A stretch of DNA of 64,000 nt from Thermodesulfobacteriota bacterium (GTDB lineage Bacteria > Desulfobacterota_D > UBA1144 > Nemesobacterales > UBA2774), in assembly GCA_965223335.1 (NCBI GenBank), contig OZ244991.1:800001-864000 (forward strand). The letters are read 5' to 3'. Shown piece after piece: positions 1 to 10,689 of the stretch. Below the pieces are notes generated by a model. It saw only the letters and a list, made by a program, of their open reading frames with translations, had not been told where the DNA came from and did no database searches. The translations under genes were made by a program, and so were the position numbers. Position 1 is the first letter of the stretch. Every line of letters begins with the position of its first letter.

Positions 1-923
1 TTGGCACCGTCCTCGCGCTTCATCATCAATGGGGTAGCCAGTAGTGATTTGACGGCTATGGGCCTAACATAGTACAACAGGTTTTTCTTTATATTTTTTA
101 CGTCCGAGATCAGTACCTGCGTCCTCGTTTTAAGCGCCCAGCCCAGATAGCCCTCTCTTATGTTGAGTTTTTGGCCTTTATCGATGCTCTCTTCTGTCTT
201 AGATATGTAGTCCGTGATCTTGTAGAGACCGTCATCCATCTGCAGATAGAGCACAATAGAGTTATTAACCAGTATCTCGTCCAGTATCTCTAGTGACTTA
301 CGGATATCGTACTTTAGCTTTGTGAGGTGTATTGATTGTTCGCCGCCGGGTGGTATATCCAGGTTCTCGTGCTTTAGAATTCCGGCAAGTGACGAGCCCT
401 TGGTACCCTCTCTCTGGAATAAGAACCCGGGCAACAGAGCCTTGTCGGTTTTAATCAGCTGCCCCAAGACAACCGTAGAAAACAAGAGTGTGGGGATTTT
501 ATAGAGATTATCGAGTCCGGGATAAAGGGTAATCTGGAAAAACGATATTACTATAAGCATGAGTAAACCGCTTTGCCATCCCAAAAATGCAAACACTATG
601 GGGGCTACGAGGTAAGATAGCACAAACGCACCTTCACCCGCGAACTCTATACACACCTGTAAAACGAGTGTGCCGAGAAGGGCAAACTCTATTTTGTCTA
701 AAATGTCTTCGGGAGCCTTACCACTTACAACTGATCTATACACCTTAAACGCAAGCACTCCGCCCAATAGCATCATCGTAAGCAAGGAATATGCATTTAA
801 TGTGGTGTAGATACCCTTATAGATCAATAATAGGACTATAGCCGATAGTAACCCGACTAAGGTTTTACCGATCAGGTACCCGGTGTGCTCATTTTCAATT
901 TTGAAATTTATATATTTTCTCAC
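1..923 (-). CDS. Membrane-bound GAF-domain sensor protein, partial (runs off the left edge; output domain not visible)
   Basis: Manual translation; absent from the ORF track because no stop lies in the window. Open frame from GTG at 923 to base 1, with several hydrophobic segments (e.g. LVGLLSAIVLLLIY) followed by a GAF-like stretch (GYLGWALKTRTQVLISDV...VKSLLATPLM). Start position uncertain. Confidence 0.7.
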   Translation of the reverse strand, partial: MRKYINFKIENEHTGYLIGKTLVGLLSAIVLLLIYKGIYTTLNAYSLLTMMLLGGVLAFKVYRSVVSGKAPEDILDKIEFALLGTLVLQVCIEFAGEGAFVLSYLVAPIVFAFLGWQSGLLMLIVISFFQITLYPGLDNLYKIPTLLFSTVVLGQLIKTDKALLPGFLFQREGTKGSSLAGILKHENLDIPPGGEQSIHLTKLKYDIRKSLEILDEILVNNSIVLYLQMDDGLYKITDYISKTEESIDKGQKLNIREGYLGWALKTRTQVLISDVKNIKKNLLYYVRPIAVKSLLATPLMMKREDGA

Positions 924-1161
924 CTTTTTTTATCATCCCTAGTTCTTCACGTATTGTTTTTTCCATGTAGCGTTTATCGTTTTTAAGTGCCTCGATCTTA
1001 AGCCCAGTCTCTTCGATATCCCTCTCCAATACCCTTACCTCTCTCATGATCTTTTCGTTCTCATTATGCAGTGCATACACATGGGTAATTTCACGAGCAA
1101 ATAGGTATACAACCACAGATATCACCGCTAGCAGTACCAGTACGCGTACGATAGTTTGCAT
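895..1161 (-). CDS. ftsB: Septum formation initiator, FtsB/DivIC family
   Basis: N-terminal TM helix, coiled coil, C-terminal 'YMEKTIREELGMIKKGEKIY' typical of FtsB/DivIC. Confidence 0.8.
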   Translation of the reverse strand: MQTIVRVLVLLAVISVVVYLFAREITHVYALHNENEKIMREVRVLERDIEETGLKIEALKNDKRYMEKTIREELGMIKKGEKIYKFQN

Positions 1162-1805
1162 TAATAGAGAATCGCTCCACCCGTTATAAACGGGTTCGAT
1201 TGCCGCTCAATTCCAATTGTCGTAGCGGGGCCGTGCCCCGGGTACACGTTATAATCATCGGGCAGCACCATAAGCTTGGACTTTATCGATCCTACTAACT
1301 CCTGCATAGAAGTACCGCCTGTCAGGTCCACCCTACCCACACTGCCGGCAAATAATGTATCGCCCGAGATCACATGGTTGTCGATAACCAAGCATATGCT
1401 CCCCCAGGTGTGGCCAGGAGTGTGAAGTACCTTTGCCCTATACTTCCCAATATCGACTTCGTCACCCTCTTCCACATATCCATCAACCTTAGGGACTACT
1501 ACATTGCTAAACATCGGATACCTCTTTGCCGCTTCGGGCAAGGCCTCGAGCACGGGCAGTTCCTTGGGATGCAGATAAAAACCCACACCAAGTGTGTTTT
1601 TGGCCTGCTCCACACCCGCCACATGGTCTATATGAGTGTGGGTGTTCACAATCTTAACTATATCAATGCCCGAACTCTCAATCTGTCTTAGAACCGCTAC
1701 TACCTGCTCCCCAGGGTCTATCAATATGCCCTCATTTGAGTCCTCGTCACCGACAATATAGCAATTTGTTAAAAATGCTCCCCCGGGTATACACTCTATG
1801 ATCAT
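1161..1805 (-). CDS. MBL-fold metallo-hydrolase (glyoxalase II/YcbL-like)
   Basis: THTHIDH metal motif, HTPGHT, SGDTLF, YPGHG. Confidence 0.9.
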   Translation of the reverse strand: MIIECIPGGAFLTNCYIVGDEDSNEGILIDPGEQVVAVLRQIESSGIDIVKIVNTHTHIDHVAGVEQAKNTLGVGFYLHPKELPVLEALPEAAKRYPMFSNVVVPKVDGYVEEGDEVDIGKYRAKVLHTPGHTWGSICLVIDNHVISGDTLFAGSVGRVDLTGGTSMQELVGSIKSKLMVLPDDYNVYPGHGPATTIGIERQSNPFITGGAILY

Positions 1806-1821
1806 AAGCCTTTAAGTCCTT

Positions 1822-2103
1822 TTAACTGTTTTTAATTGTAAAATTGTTATAAGTGCCCCCAAGCTCGTCGTAATCCACTTCGACCCCTGTGACATGGGCG
1901 TTTTGGGGACCCTCTTTACACCACTCAACCAGCTCCTGCAGTTGATCCTTATCACCCTCGGCCATTATCTCTACGGTGCCATCCTCTCGGTTTCTTACCC
2001 AGCCTTTTAGGCCGAGTCCACGGGCAATATCCACAGTGGAGGCCCTAAAGAACACTCCCTGCACCCGTCCTCTCACAATCACACGAATTTTTTCTTTACT
2101 CAT
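1822..2103 (-). CDS. acyP: Acylphosphatase
   Basis: GRVQGVFFR and GWVRN signatures. Confidence 0.95.
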   Translation of the reverse strand: MSKEKIRVIVRGRVQGVFFRASTVDIARGLGLKGWVRNREDGTVEIMAEGDKDQLQELVEWCKEGPQNAHVTGVEVDYDELGGTYNNFTIKNS

Positions 2104-2293
2104 GCACCAAATAGCACAAATTAACTACCGACTCACTATCACCATAGCTATAATTAATGAAAAAATCTATATCAACATCATACATTATTTCAAAAAATTT
2201 TGCAATCAATTAAGGGGTATAATAAAGATACTGCAAGTAATACATGAATATATTGCCTGTTTTTCGCACCATCCCGCCCCCAAACTGCCTGGT

Positions 2294-2322
2294 TTGACAG
2301 TCAAAATCCCAAGATGTATTTT
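2294..2322 (+). promoter_or_regulatory. Sigma-70-type promoter of thrC
   Basis: TTGACA-17 nt-TATTTT, 9 nt upstream of ATG 2332. Confidence 0.55.
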
Positions 2323-2331
2323 GTTACAGTT

Positions 2332-3666
2332 ATGGCCGAGCATAAATCATGGTTTAGCTGCATTGACGCAGAGTGCCAAGAAACCTACCCACTTGACGAG
2401 ATTATCTACAGGTGCCGCAAGTGTAATAACCTATTGGAGGTAGTGCATGACATCGACTACCTGAAGCAGAAATCCGCCCAGGAGTGGAAAAAACTTTTTG
2501 ACAACAGGTACAGAAGACAGATGTGGCCCCACGGCAGTGCCGTTTGGGGTAAAAAAGAGTGGGTATGCCCCTATGTTGACGACGAGAATGTAGTCTCTAT
2601 GTACGAGGGTGCGACTAACCTGTTTTGGGCCGAAAGGTTCGGCAAGCAGATCGGGATGGAAGACATTTGGATCAAGATGTGCGGCAACAGCCATACAGGT
2701 TCTTTCAAGGACCTCGGTATGACGGTGCTTGTGTCAGTGGTAAAGCAGATGATAAGTGAGGGGAAAGAGATCCCGGCAGTGGCATGCGCTTCTACGGGGG
2801 ATACCTCCGCTGCACTCGCAGCGTACTGCGCATCGGCGGCTATACCGGCCATAGTGTTTCTGCCCAAGGACAAGGTATCCGTGGCACAGCTTGTACAACC
2901 CATCTCAAACGGCGCACTTGTGCTCTCACTCGACACCGACTTCGACGGCTGCATGGAGATGGTGCAGAGGGTGTGTACCGAAAACAACATCTACCTGGCA
3001 AATTCCATCAACTCACTTCGCATCGAGGGGCAAAAAACCATAAGCATAGAACTCTGCCAACAGTTCGATTGGGAAGTACCCGACTGGATTGTGATCCCCG
3101 GTGGGAACCTGGGCAATATTTCTGCACTGGGAAAAGGATTTTTGATAATGCACGAACTGGGTCTCATTACTAAACTGCCCCGACTCGTATGTGCGCAGGC
3201 AGAGCACGCAAACCCGCTCTATCTAAGCTACCTAAATGATTTTGAGGAGTTTAAACCTGTCAAGGCCAAAAAAACCCTCGCCAACGCCATCCAGATCGGA
3301 AACCCTGTAAGTGTGAACAAGGCAATCAGGATATTAAAACAGTTCGACGGTATAGTAGAGCAGGCAAACGAGCAGGAGCTCTCTGACGCAGCCGCCATGG
3401 TGGATAAAACCGGTACTTTTAACTGCCCACACACCGGTGTAGCATTGGCGGCTTTTATGAAACTCAAAGAAAAAAATGTATTCAAACCCACCGATAGAGT
3501 AGTGATCATATCCACTGCTCATGGCCTTAAGTTTGTCGAGTTTAAGATTGGTTACCACAAGGGCGAGCTGGACGGTGTGTTCGCAACTTACAAGAACTCG
3601 CCCATCGAACTCCCGGCTGATTACAATGCGGTAAAAGAGGCCATCTTCAGCCATATCCTAAACTAG
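2332..3666 (+). CDS. thrC: Threonine synthase
   Basis: PLP lysine motif [34 protein letters not shown]. Start moved from 2314 to the ATG following the promoter. Confidence 0.93.
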   Translation: MAEHKSWFSCIDAECQETYPLDEIIYRCRKCNNLLEVVHDIDYLKQKSAQEWKKLFDNRYRRQMWPHGSAVWGKKEWVCPYVDDENVVSMYEGATNLFWAERFGKQIGMEDIWIKMCGNSHTGSFKDLGMTVLVSVVKQMISEGKEIPAVACASTGDTSAALAAYCASAAIPAIVFLPKDKVSVAQLVQPISNGALVLSLDTDFDGCMEMVQRVCTENNIYLANSINSLRIEGQKTISIELCQQFDWEVPDWIVIPGGNLGNISALGKGFLIMHELGLITKLPRLVCAQAEHANPLYLSYLNDFEEFKPVKAKKTLANAIQIGNPVSVNKAIRILKQFDGIVEQANEQELSDAAAMVDKTGTFNCPHTGVALAAFMKLKEKNVFKPTDRVVIISTAHGLKFVEFKIGYHKGELDGVFATYKNSPIELPADYNAVKEAIFSHILN

Positions 3667-3677
3667 CACAAAAAATA

Positions 3678-3715
3678 ATGGGCTATAGAGTTAAATTACA
3701 AGCTCCATAGCCCAT
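3678..3715. terminator. Stem-loop between convergent thrC and the outer-membrane protein gene
   Basis: atgggctat...atagcccat inverted repeat. Confidence 0.45.
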
Positions 3716-3752
3716 ATTATTGGAGGGTGAAATAATCTGTTTTTATAGGTTG

Positions 3753-4646
3753 TTAACTTCCAAATCTTATAAGCAGATCCATTAAGAAATCCACGTTGGC
3801 AAAATCTGTTATCTCACTGCTTCCGAACGGTACCTGAACCCCTGCACCAACGCTTATTACCTGGCCGCCGAACCTAACCCCGGGTGTTAAATACGCACCG
3901 GTTACGTTCTTGTCAAAAGATGTGGATGAGGCAAGCAGCAGCTCGAGTAGAAACGATGTGGAAAACGGCAGGTTAAAGTGTGGGGTCACACTGCCGGTTG
4001 CACCATATTTAATGATCAATTCCGTGCTGTCACCGCCAGTATCAAAAGGTGTGGCGTTAAGCTTCTTCGCATTTGTCATAATATCGAAATCGATATTTGC
4101 CTGGAACGCAAAGATATCGCCGCTTATAGCGAACACACCGTATGGTTTCAGAGTAAAAGCATCGTCCGCAAAGTAAGCGAAATCCCTGAAATAGGCACGT
4201 GCACCCAGTGCTCCGAAATTATTGTTCGTGGTAGGCAAAATAGCCTCAAAACCTAGTGTAAGGACTGAGTTGTCCCTATTGAGTATGGCGTATTTGGCAC
4301 CGAGCCCTATGTTACCGAAATCATAGTCGCCTTTTCCGAACGCACCGCTTGTAACACCCGCAAACGGGAACTTCGCATACACGCCGAACATGTTGTTGCT
4401 GATGTTGATATCCGCACGCAGCTGGTTCTGAATGAGCCAGCCACCCTGATCCAGGTCGACAAACTCTATGTTACCCCTTACCCCGGTAATGCTATAGGGG
4501 TGCTCTAAAAAGAACGAATAGGGGATCTTGGCTCCCGCTGCATCCGAGTTAGTCGTCGGTACAAAAAGGAGTGCGACTCCAAACATTACTGTCAAAATCG
4601 CAAATTTAAGTTTTCTTAGTCCATGTAAAGTACTCATCGGTTCCAT
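3753..4646 (-). CDS. Exported protein, probable outer-membrane beta-barrel
   Basis: Strong SD (AAGGAGGAG), signal-peptide-like N-terminus, alternating amphipathic strands (DFGNIGLGAKY, LTLGFEAILPT), aromatic residue near the C-terminus (LIRFGS). Confidence 0.6.
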   Translation of the reverse strand: MEPMSTLHGLRKLKFAILTVMFGVALLFVPTTNSDAAGAKIPYSFFLEHPYSITGVRGNIEFVDLDQGGWLIQNQLRADINISNNMFGVYAKFPFAGVTSGAFGKGDYDFGNIGLGAKYAILNRDNSVLTLGFEAILPTTNNNFGALGARAYFRDFAYFADDAFTLKPYGVFAISGDIFAFQANIDFDIMTNAKKLNATPFDTGGDSTELIIKYGATGSVTPHFNLPFSTSFLLELLLASSTSFDKNVTGAYLTPGVRFGGQVISVGAGVQVPFGSSEITDFANVDFLMDLLIRFGS

Positions 4647-4790
4647 CTCCTCCTTAAAAATTTATTTCCAAATGCCGTGCCTTCGAATTCCTCTCCGATA
4701 TCTAACCGAGATTTTATACTATTTCTGAATTTATTTCAAGTAGTTTCTATAAAGTTTGTATAACATGCCTAAATTAGTTAATATTAATGC

Positions 4791-5423
4791 ATGCCTTTTG
4801 ATATGCAGGGACTCTATGTTATTACCGATAGTCAGCTGATTGAGCGCGAAAAGTTCACGGAAACTGTCGAAAAAGCCCTAAAAGGCGGGGCTAATCTGCT
4901 ACAACTCCGCGAAAAAGACACTACTCGGGATGAGATTATCAATTTGGGTATAGAACTACTCGTTCTAACCAAACAATACGGAGTTCCGCTTATAATTAAT
5001 GACAGTCCCGAGATAGCACTGGAGATAGGTGCAGACGGTGTGCACCTGGGGGAGCATGATATGGACGTCGAGTCGGCACGTGGGATTGTGGGAGAAGATT
5101 CCATCATAGGAGTATCGTGCTACGGGGAACTCGACCGGGGAGCCGAGGCCTACTCTAAAGGTGCCGATTATCTTGCATTCGGCACACCTTATTTTACCCC
5201 GACAAAACCCGAAAGAGTCCCAACCTCTCTAGAGGTGCTAAAGACCGCTCGCCGGAAATTCCCCGACATCCCTATCTTTGCCATCGGGGGTATCGATAAG
5301 ACCAACGCCCCGACTATTTTGGAAACAGGTGTGGACGGAATTGCAGTTATAACCAGTGTTTTCGGGGCCCCAGACCCCGAGCTCGCCGCCAAAGAACTGT
5401 CAAGCGTTTTTCAGAGCGGATAG
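4791..5423 (+). CDS. thiE: Thiamine-phosphate synthase
   Basis: LYVITD, QLREK, LIIND, ADGVHLG, TPTK, AIGGI motifs. Confidence 0.95.
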   Translation: MPFDMQGLYVITDSQLIEREKFTETVEKALKGGANLLQLREKDTTRDEIINLGIELLVLTKQYGVPLIINDSPEIALEIGADGVHLGEHDMDVESARGIVGEDSIIGVSCYGELDRGAEAYSKGADYLAFGTPYFTPTKPERVPTSLEVLKTARRKFPDIPIFAIGGIDKTNAPTILETGVDGIAVITSVFGAPDPELAAKELSSVFQSG

Positions 5424-5449
5424 ATATAAGAGTATTGCACAACACTTAA

Positions 5450-6538
5450 CTATTTGAAAATATTAGCTAATCCCTTGCCCTCTCTTACAATATCCACCCT
5501 CTGGGCTAATGCGTGTGTAACCATGGGAAGCGCAATTGTGGCATCGCAGTAGCACTGGATCAATTTCCCGCGCAGGTCCTCTTTACCCCACGACGCCGCC
5601 TCCTCAAACGTACATCCCGAGAGCCCTCCCCACTGCGGAGCATCGCTTGTGATCTGTATGGCGTACTTATGCGGGTAGTAGGTCTCAGCAGCACCAGTAC
5701 CTTTCCTGTTTAGCCCTTGCTCCCTGTTGGGAACCAACCGGTCTTCGTAAAGTAGGTCGCCTGTCACGGCAAATAGCTGTATAAAATCCTTTGGCACTCC
5801 ACCCCCGATGTATATAACACCCGTATCGGTTACAACCTCACCCATACTCATAAACTCCACATAGTCCTTTATGGCATCGATGGTAAGATGAAAGCCCTTG
5901 CTCTCGGCTATTAGTGCCGCATCCCCATAGGGACTGTCCGCTATTGCGGGGCAATACACTGGTATATCGTTGTCCGCAGCCACCTTTACTATGCTGTTTA
6001 TACCCTTTTTACCCAGCCATTTTCCGCACTCCTCCAAAAACTCGCGTGACGAGTACTTATAGTCTTGATCAAGTGTAAAAATAAACTCGGCTAATAGCTC
6101 GGTCATCTCCAGATAATCCGACTCCTTTCCGTATACATCGTAGTATCGGTTGTAGCCCTCTCGGAATAAAACTTCGTTGTCCGCAAGGTGTGTGCCCTGG
6201 AGGTAATCAAATCCCATCGCGTCTATAATGTCTTCAGATATGTTGGCCCCGGTCGGCACCAGCACGTCCACATATCTATTCTCGAGCAGCCAGTTTATTA
6301 TCTTCCACTGCCCTGTTGTAGACAGCGACCCGGCGTAACCGAGAAATATTGTCAGGTTCTCGTCCCTTATCATCGCCTCGAAAACCTCGGCGGTCTGTGC
6401 AAGGCTCTTACCTTGAAACCCGGTCCTGGCCATATCCTCCAACAGACGCGATATCGTCTTAGACGCCCCGACCTCTATCGCCTCAACCTTCCCTGTTATC
6501 AGTTTGTCTGCAATCTGCTCGTCTTTGTTATCAGACAT
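5450..6538 (-). CDS. Deoxyhypusine synthase-like protein (possible homospermidine synthase)
   Basis: GFQG, TGAN, CPAIADS, IGGGVPKD, GGLSGCTFEEAASWGK (catalytic Lys), CDATIALP. Confidence 0.88.
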   Translation of the reverse strand: MSDNKDEQIADKLITGKVEAIEVGASKTISRLLEDMARTGFQGKSLAQTAEVFEAMIRDENLTIFLGYAGSLSTTGQWKIINWLLENRYVDVLVPTGANISEDIIDAMGFDYLQGTHLADNEVLFREGYNRYYDVYGKESDYLEMTELLAEFIFTLDQDYKYSSREFLEECGKWLGKKGINSIVKVAADNDIPVYCPAIADSPYGDAALIAESKGFHLTIDAIKDYVEFMSMGEVVTDTGVIYIGGGVPKDFIQLFAVTGDLLYEDRLVPNREQGLNRKGTGAAETYYPHKYAIQITSDAPQWGGLSGCTFEEAASWGKEDLRGKLIQCYCDATIALPMVTHALAQRVDIVREGKGLANIFK

Positions 6539-6633
6539 TGTTGATTACCCCTTTGCTTATTGAATTTTTTGCACAAGGCAACACTCAAGGCTAGAAATTA
6601 TGCCGGCTGGTGTAAGAGAGTAAATCTCAAGTG

Positions 6634-9120
6634 TCACAAAACTATGTTTACCAGTTTTTTAGGTACGACTATAACCTTTTTCGGGTCTTTGCCCCCTAGG
6701 TAATTTTTGATTTTCTCATCAGATAGAGCTGCCTCTTTCATGCTATCATTATCAGAGTCCGCGTCCATATCAAACTGGCTTCGCACCTTGCCGTTTACCT
6801 GTACCACTATGGTTATGGAATCCGACTGCACATATTTTTCGTCCCACTCCGCCCAGGGATAATCCACCAGCGACTGCTCGTTGCCAAGCAACGCCCAGAG
6901 CTCCTCGGTAATGTGCGGGGCCATGGGATAGAGCATCCTCACCACGGAAGTGATGACATCCCTTAGCACCATTTTATCGTCAGTTGTTTCGGGGCTAAGT
7001 CGAGAAGTCTCGTTAAGGAGCTCCATAATAGCTGCAATAGCGGTATTGAACTGGAACCGCTCTAGGTCATCCGTCACCTTTTTTATGGTCTGGTTGAGTT
7101 TGATGCGGAGCTTGTGTCCCGAGTCAGACAACTCACTGCCTATCTCTTCTATACTCTCGGTATCCTTTGTCTGCTCCATAGCATCGGCTACCAGCCTCCA
7201 CACCCTGTTAAGGAACCTGTATGCACCCTCGATACCCTCGTCACTCCAGTCCAGGTCCCTTTGCACGGGTGAAGCGAATAGCATAAAAATCCTCACTGTG
7301 TCGGCGCCGTACTTCTCGATCATATCGTCGGGATCCACTACGTTGCCTAGCGATTTCGACATCTTGGCACCGTCTTTAATTACCATGCCCTGTGTCAGAA
7401 GGTTAGAGAACGGCTCGTCCAACTCACAGTACCCGAGGTCTCTTAGCACCTTTGTGTAGAACCTGGCATATAACAGGTGTAAAATTGCATGCTCGATGCC
7501 CCCTATGTAGCGGTCTACCGCTAACCAGTAATCAACGCTCTTTTTCTCGAATATTTCTTTATCAGAACGCGGGGACACATACCTCAAGAAATACCACGAA
7601 GACTCTACAAACGTGTCCATTGTGTCGGTCTCGCGCGTGGCCTGCCCACCGCACTTTGGGCATGAGGTCTCTTTAAAACTCTCGATTTTCGATAACGACG
7701 ACCCCTTCTCACCACCGAACTCTACTTCGAGCGGCAGCTCCACTGGCAGGTCACTGTCCGGTACTGCAATAGTGCCGCACTCCCCGCAATATACAATCGG
7801 TATAGGTGCACCCCAGTACCTCTGGCGCGAAATCCCCCAGTCCCGAAGCCTATAGTTAACCTTCTTGCTCCCATACCCCTTGCTCTCTACATACTCCGTA
7901 ACCTTTGCTATGCCTTCTTTAGAGTCGAGTCCCGCAAACCGGTCAGAGTTCGTCATCACTCCCTCCGACACATAGGCCTCTGTCATGGTCTCCGGGTCCA
8001 AGCTCTCGTCCTTAGGCTCTATCACTACCTTTATCGGCAGCCCGTACTCCCTGGCAAACTCAAAGTCCCTCTGGTCGTGGGCCGGGACACACATTATTAT
8101 CCCCGTACCGTACTCGAGCAGAACAAAGTTCGCAACGTATATAGGGATACGCTCACCGTTTAGCGGATTTGTACAGTATGCACCTGTAAAAATCCCCTCT
8201 TTTTTGCCCCCTTCGCCTACCCTCTCTACATTGCTCTGTTTTCTCACACGTTCGATAAATTCTGTTACATCTTTTTCCTGCGGCTTTCCCCGTATCAACT
8301 CGGCTGTCATAGGGTGCTCGGGTGCAATACTCATGTATGTAACACCGTAAACCGTATCGGGCCGTGTAGTGTAAATGCTCAGGCTCTTGAACTCAGGAGT
8401 CGGATCCTCAAGCGGGAACTCTATCTCGGCACCTGTGCTCTTACTTATCCAGTTCTTTTGCATCGATAAGACCCGCTCGGGCCAGCCCCCCGCAAGTTTG
8501 TCTGCAAACTCTAAAAGCTCCTCTGCATACTCAGTTGTCTTAAAGAACCACCCGTCCATATCTTTAAGTTCGACCTCTGACCCGCATCGCCAGCACTTAC
8601 CGTCCTCGACCTGCTCATTGGCAAGCACAGTCTCGCAAGACGGGCACCAATTGACCGTGGTCGTCCGCTTATAGGCAAGCCCCTTTTCGTACATCCTGGT
8701 AAATATCATCTGCTCCCATTTGTAATAGGTCGGGTCACATGTGGCAAGCTCCCGCGACCAGTCATAGCTGAAACCTAGCCGTTTTAGCTGTCCCTTCATC
8801 TGCTCTATATTTTCATAGGTCCATTTCGCCGGGTGCACACCGTGCTGTATGGCGGCATTCTCTGCCGGCAGCCCAAACGCATCCCACCCTATGGGGTGGA
8901 GCACATTAAACCCACTCGACCTCTTGTAGCGCGCTACCACATCACCGATGGTGTAGTTCCTCACATGGCCCATATGTATACGTCCCGATGGGTAGGGAAA
9001 CATCTCGAGCACATAGTATTTATCCTTTGAGCTGCTCTCATCTACCTTATAGACTTTGCTCGTATCCCACTCGCTTTGCCATTTTTTCTCTATCTCGTGC
9101 GGATCATAAGGGCTCTTCAT
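6634..9120 (-). CDS. leuS: Leucine--tRNA ligase
   Basis: MFPYPSG, HMGH (HIGH motif), KMSKS, C-terminal VQVNGK. Confidence 0.98.
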   Translation of the reverse strand: MKSPYDPHEIEKKWQSEWDTSKVYKVDESSSKDKYYVLEMFPYPSGRIHMGHVRNYTIGDVVARYKRSSGFNVLHPIGWDAFGLPAENAAIQHGVHPAKWTYENIEQMKGQLKRLGFSYDWSRELATCDPTYYKWEQMIFTRMYEKGLAYKRTTTVNWCPSCETVLANEQVEDGKCWRCGSEVELKDMDGWFFKTTEYAEELLEFADKLAGGWPERVLSMQKNWISKSTGAEIEFPLEDPTPEFKSLSIYTTRPDTVYGVTYMSIAPEHPMTAELIRGKPQEKDVTEFIERVRKQSNVERVGEGGKKEGIFTGAYCTNPLNGERIPIYVANFVLLEYGTGIIMCVPAHDQRDFEFAREYGLPIKVVIEPKDESLDPETMTEAYVSEGVMTNSDRFAGLDSKEGIAKVTEYVESKGYGSKKVNYRLRDWGISRQRYWGAPIPIVYCGECGTIAVPDSDLPVELPLEVEFGGEKGSSLSKIESFKETSCPKCGGQATRETDTMDTFVESSWYFLRYVSPRSDKEIFEKKSVDYWLAVDRYIGGIEHAILHLLYARFYTKVLRDLGYCELDEPFSNLLTQGMVIKDGAKMSKSLGNVVDPDDMIEKYGADTVRIFMLFASPVQRDLDWSDEGIEGAYRFLNRVWRLVADAMEQTKDTESIEEIGSELSDSGHKLRIKLNQTIKKVTDDLERFQFNTAIAAIMELLNETSRLSPETTDDKMVLRDVITSVVRMLYPMAPHITEELWALLGNEQSLVDYPWAEWDEKYVQSDSITIVVQVNGKVRSQFDMDADSDNDSMKEAALSDEKIKNYLGGKDPKKVIVVPKKLVNIVL

Positions 9121-9293
9121 TTTTTATAACTCAACTCCAACTCTATATTTAGCTTGTATTATTTACCTGATACAACAGGGACTCACAATTACAAGATTTT
9201 CGCAGCCCACCAAACTGCTAATCCTGAGCTCTACCGAGGCCAAGCGTTTACTTTGCAATTAACCTCTTATACATTATATTAGGGATTTATAAT

Positions 9294-10091
9294 ATGGGTA
9301 CGCGCTTTGAATTTGAGGAATTGATTGAGGACCTAAAAAGGTATATAAATTTCCAAAAAACACTAGGGATTCGAGGCTATTACACCAAAGAACAACCCGC
9401 AACTGAACACACTCCTAAGGGTAGCCAAAATACGATGGAACCTAAAATGACAAGCACAAAAACACCCGACCAACCCGATATTATCCAAGTAGAAGACCAA
9501 CTCGGTATATTTGACGAATCCACTAAAGCAATGACCCTCGAGGAAATCCGGGAAGAGATAGGCGACTGCACAAGGTGCAAGCTCCACACCGGGCGCACCA
9601 AGCTCGTGTTCGGCGACGGCAACCCAAAAGCAAGGCTCGTTTTTGTGGGCGAAGGGCCCGGTAGAGACGAGGACCTGCAAGGCAAACCGTTTGTGGGACG
9701 TGCCGGCAAACTGCTTACCAAAATCATCGAGGCCATGGGTCTCGAGAGGTCCGATGTATACATATGCAACGTTGTTAAGTGCCGGCCCCCCGGCAACAGG
9801 ACACCCGAGCCCGACGAGATGAACACATGTGAGCAGTTTTTGTTCAAACAACTCCGTGCAATCTCGCCCGAAGTTATAGTGTGCTTGGGTGCCACGGCAT
9901 CACACTCTATACTAAAGACTAAAGGCCGACTCGGCGACCTAAGGGGCAGGTTTCATAAATGCGCAGGGGCAAAACTCATGGTCACTTACCACCCGGCAGC
10001 ACTGCTCAGAAATCCCGGATTTAAAAAACCGCTTTGGGACGATATGCAGGTTGTTATAAAAGAACTCGGTCTTAGCCCTAAGGGCGATTAG
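9294..10091 (+). CDS. Uracil-DNA glycosylase family 4 (Fe-S)
   Basis: [36 protein letters not shown]. Confidence 0.93.
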   Translation: MGTRFEFEELIEDLKRYINFQKTLGIRGYYTKEQPATEHTPKGSQNTMEPKMTSTKTPDQPDIIQVEDQLGIFDESTKAMTLEEIREEIGDCTRCKLHTGRTKLVFGDGNPKARLVFVGEGPGRDEDLQGKPFVGRAGKLLTKIIEAMGLERSDVYICNVVKCRPPGNRTPEPDEMNTCEQFLFKQLRAISPEVIVCLGATASHSILKTKGRLGDLRGRFHKCAGAKLMVTYHPAALLRNPGFKKPLWDDMQVVIKELGLSPKGD

Positions 10092-10158
10092 CTCAGTGGA
10101 TTAGAGCGCTGGCCTCCGAAGCCAGAGGTCGGGGGTTCGAATCCCCCATCGCCCGCCA
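10082..10158 (+). tRNA. tRNA-Arg (anticodon CCG)
   Basis: Acceptor stem gggcgat/atcgccc, D-arm gctcagtggattagagc, anticodon arm ctggc-ctCCGaa-gccag, T-loop ttcgaat, encoded CCA. Confidence 0.96.
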
Positions 10159-10689
10159 CTTATTTATCATTACAGATCCATCTATTTCAACTCATTTTCA
10201 CTACACGACTTAATGTTATCTATGATAAACTACGATTAATACAACGGTTGACCAACCCTTTCCTGTAGTGTTTGGAATGCCGTTTGAACAGCAGTGGCCG
10301 TTTGTACTCACTCTGTTCCTAATCGGTGAAATATCATTCTTAATCTCATTATACATTTTGGGGGCCGATTGGTGGGGCCGTTTACGGGACCTAGTAGTCT
10401 GGCAAAACCCAAATGCTAAAGCACAATAACCGCTGTAATTAATTCATTTTTATTCCAATACCATCCCTACTTCTTTAACCTGTCATTATTAACAAACTGT
10501 ATAACAGATACTAACCCTAAATTCGCACTGTTATAACTATAAACTCACTAAACTAGTTAATTACGAGTGCTCTAGAAATAATAATTAAATATTTCTTCCA
10601 TCTTATATAATAATAATGTATAATCTTCAAAAAGTTAGATTATAGTAAATCAGTTTATTTGTAATAAGTTATCAAAGGAGGAATTAAGG

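Noticed and set aside
1976..2443. 155-aa ORF spanning the acyP-thrC intergenic region
   Set aside because: It overlaps two real genes and the thrC promoter, with no recognisable protein features.
4650..4790. TPP riboswitch upstream of thiE
   Set aside because: The short AT-rich spacer lacks the conserved CUGAGA / CCUGAU core.
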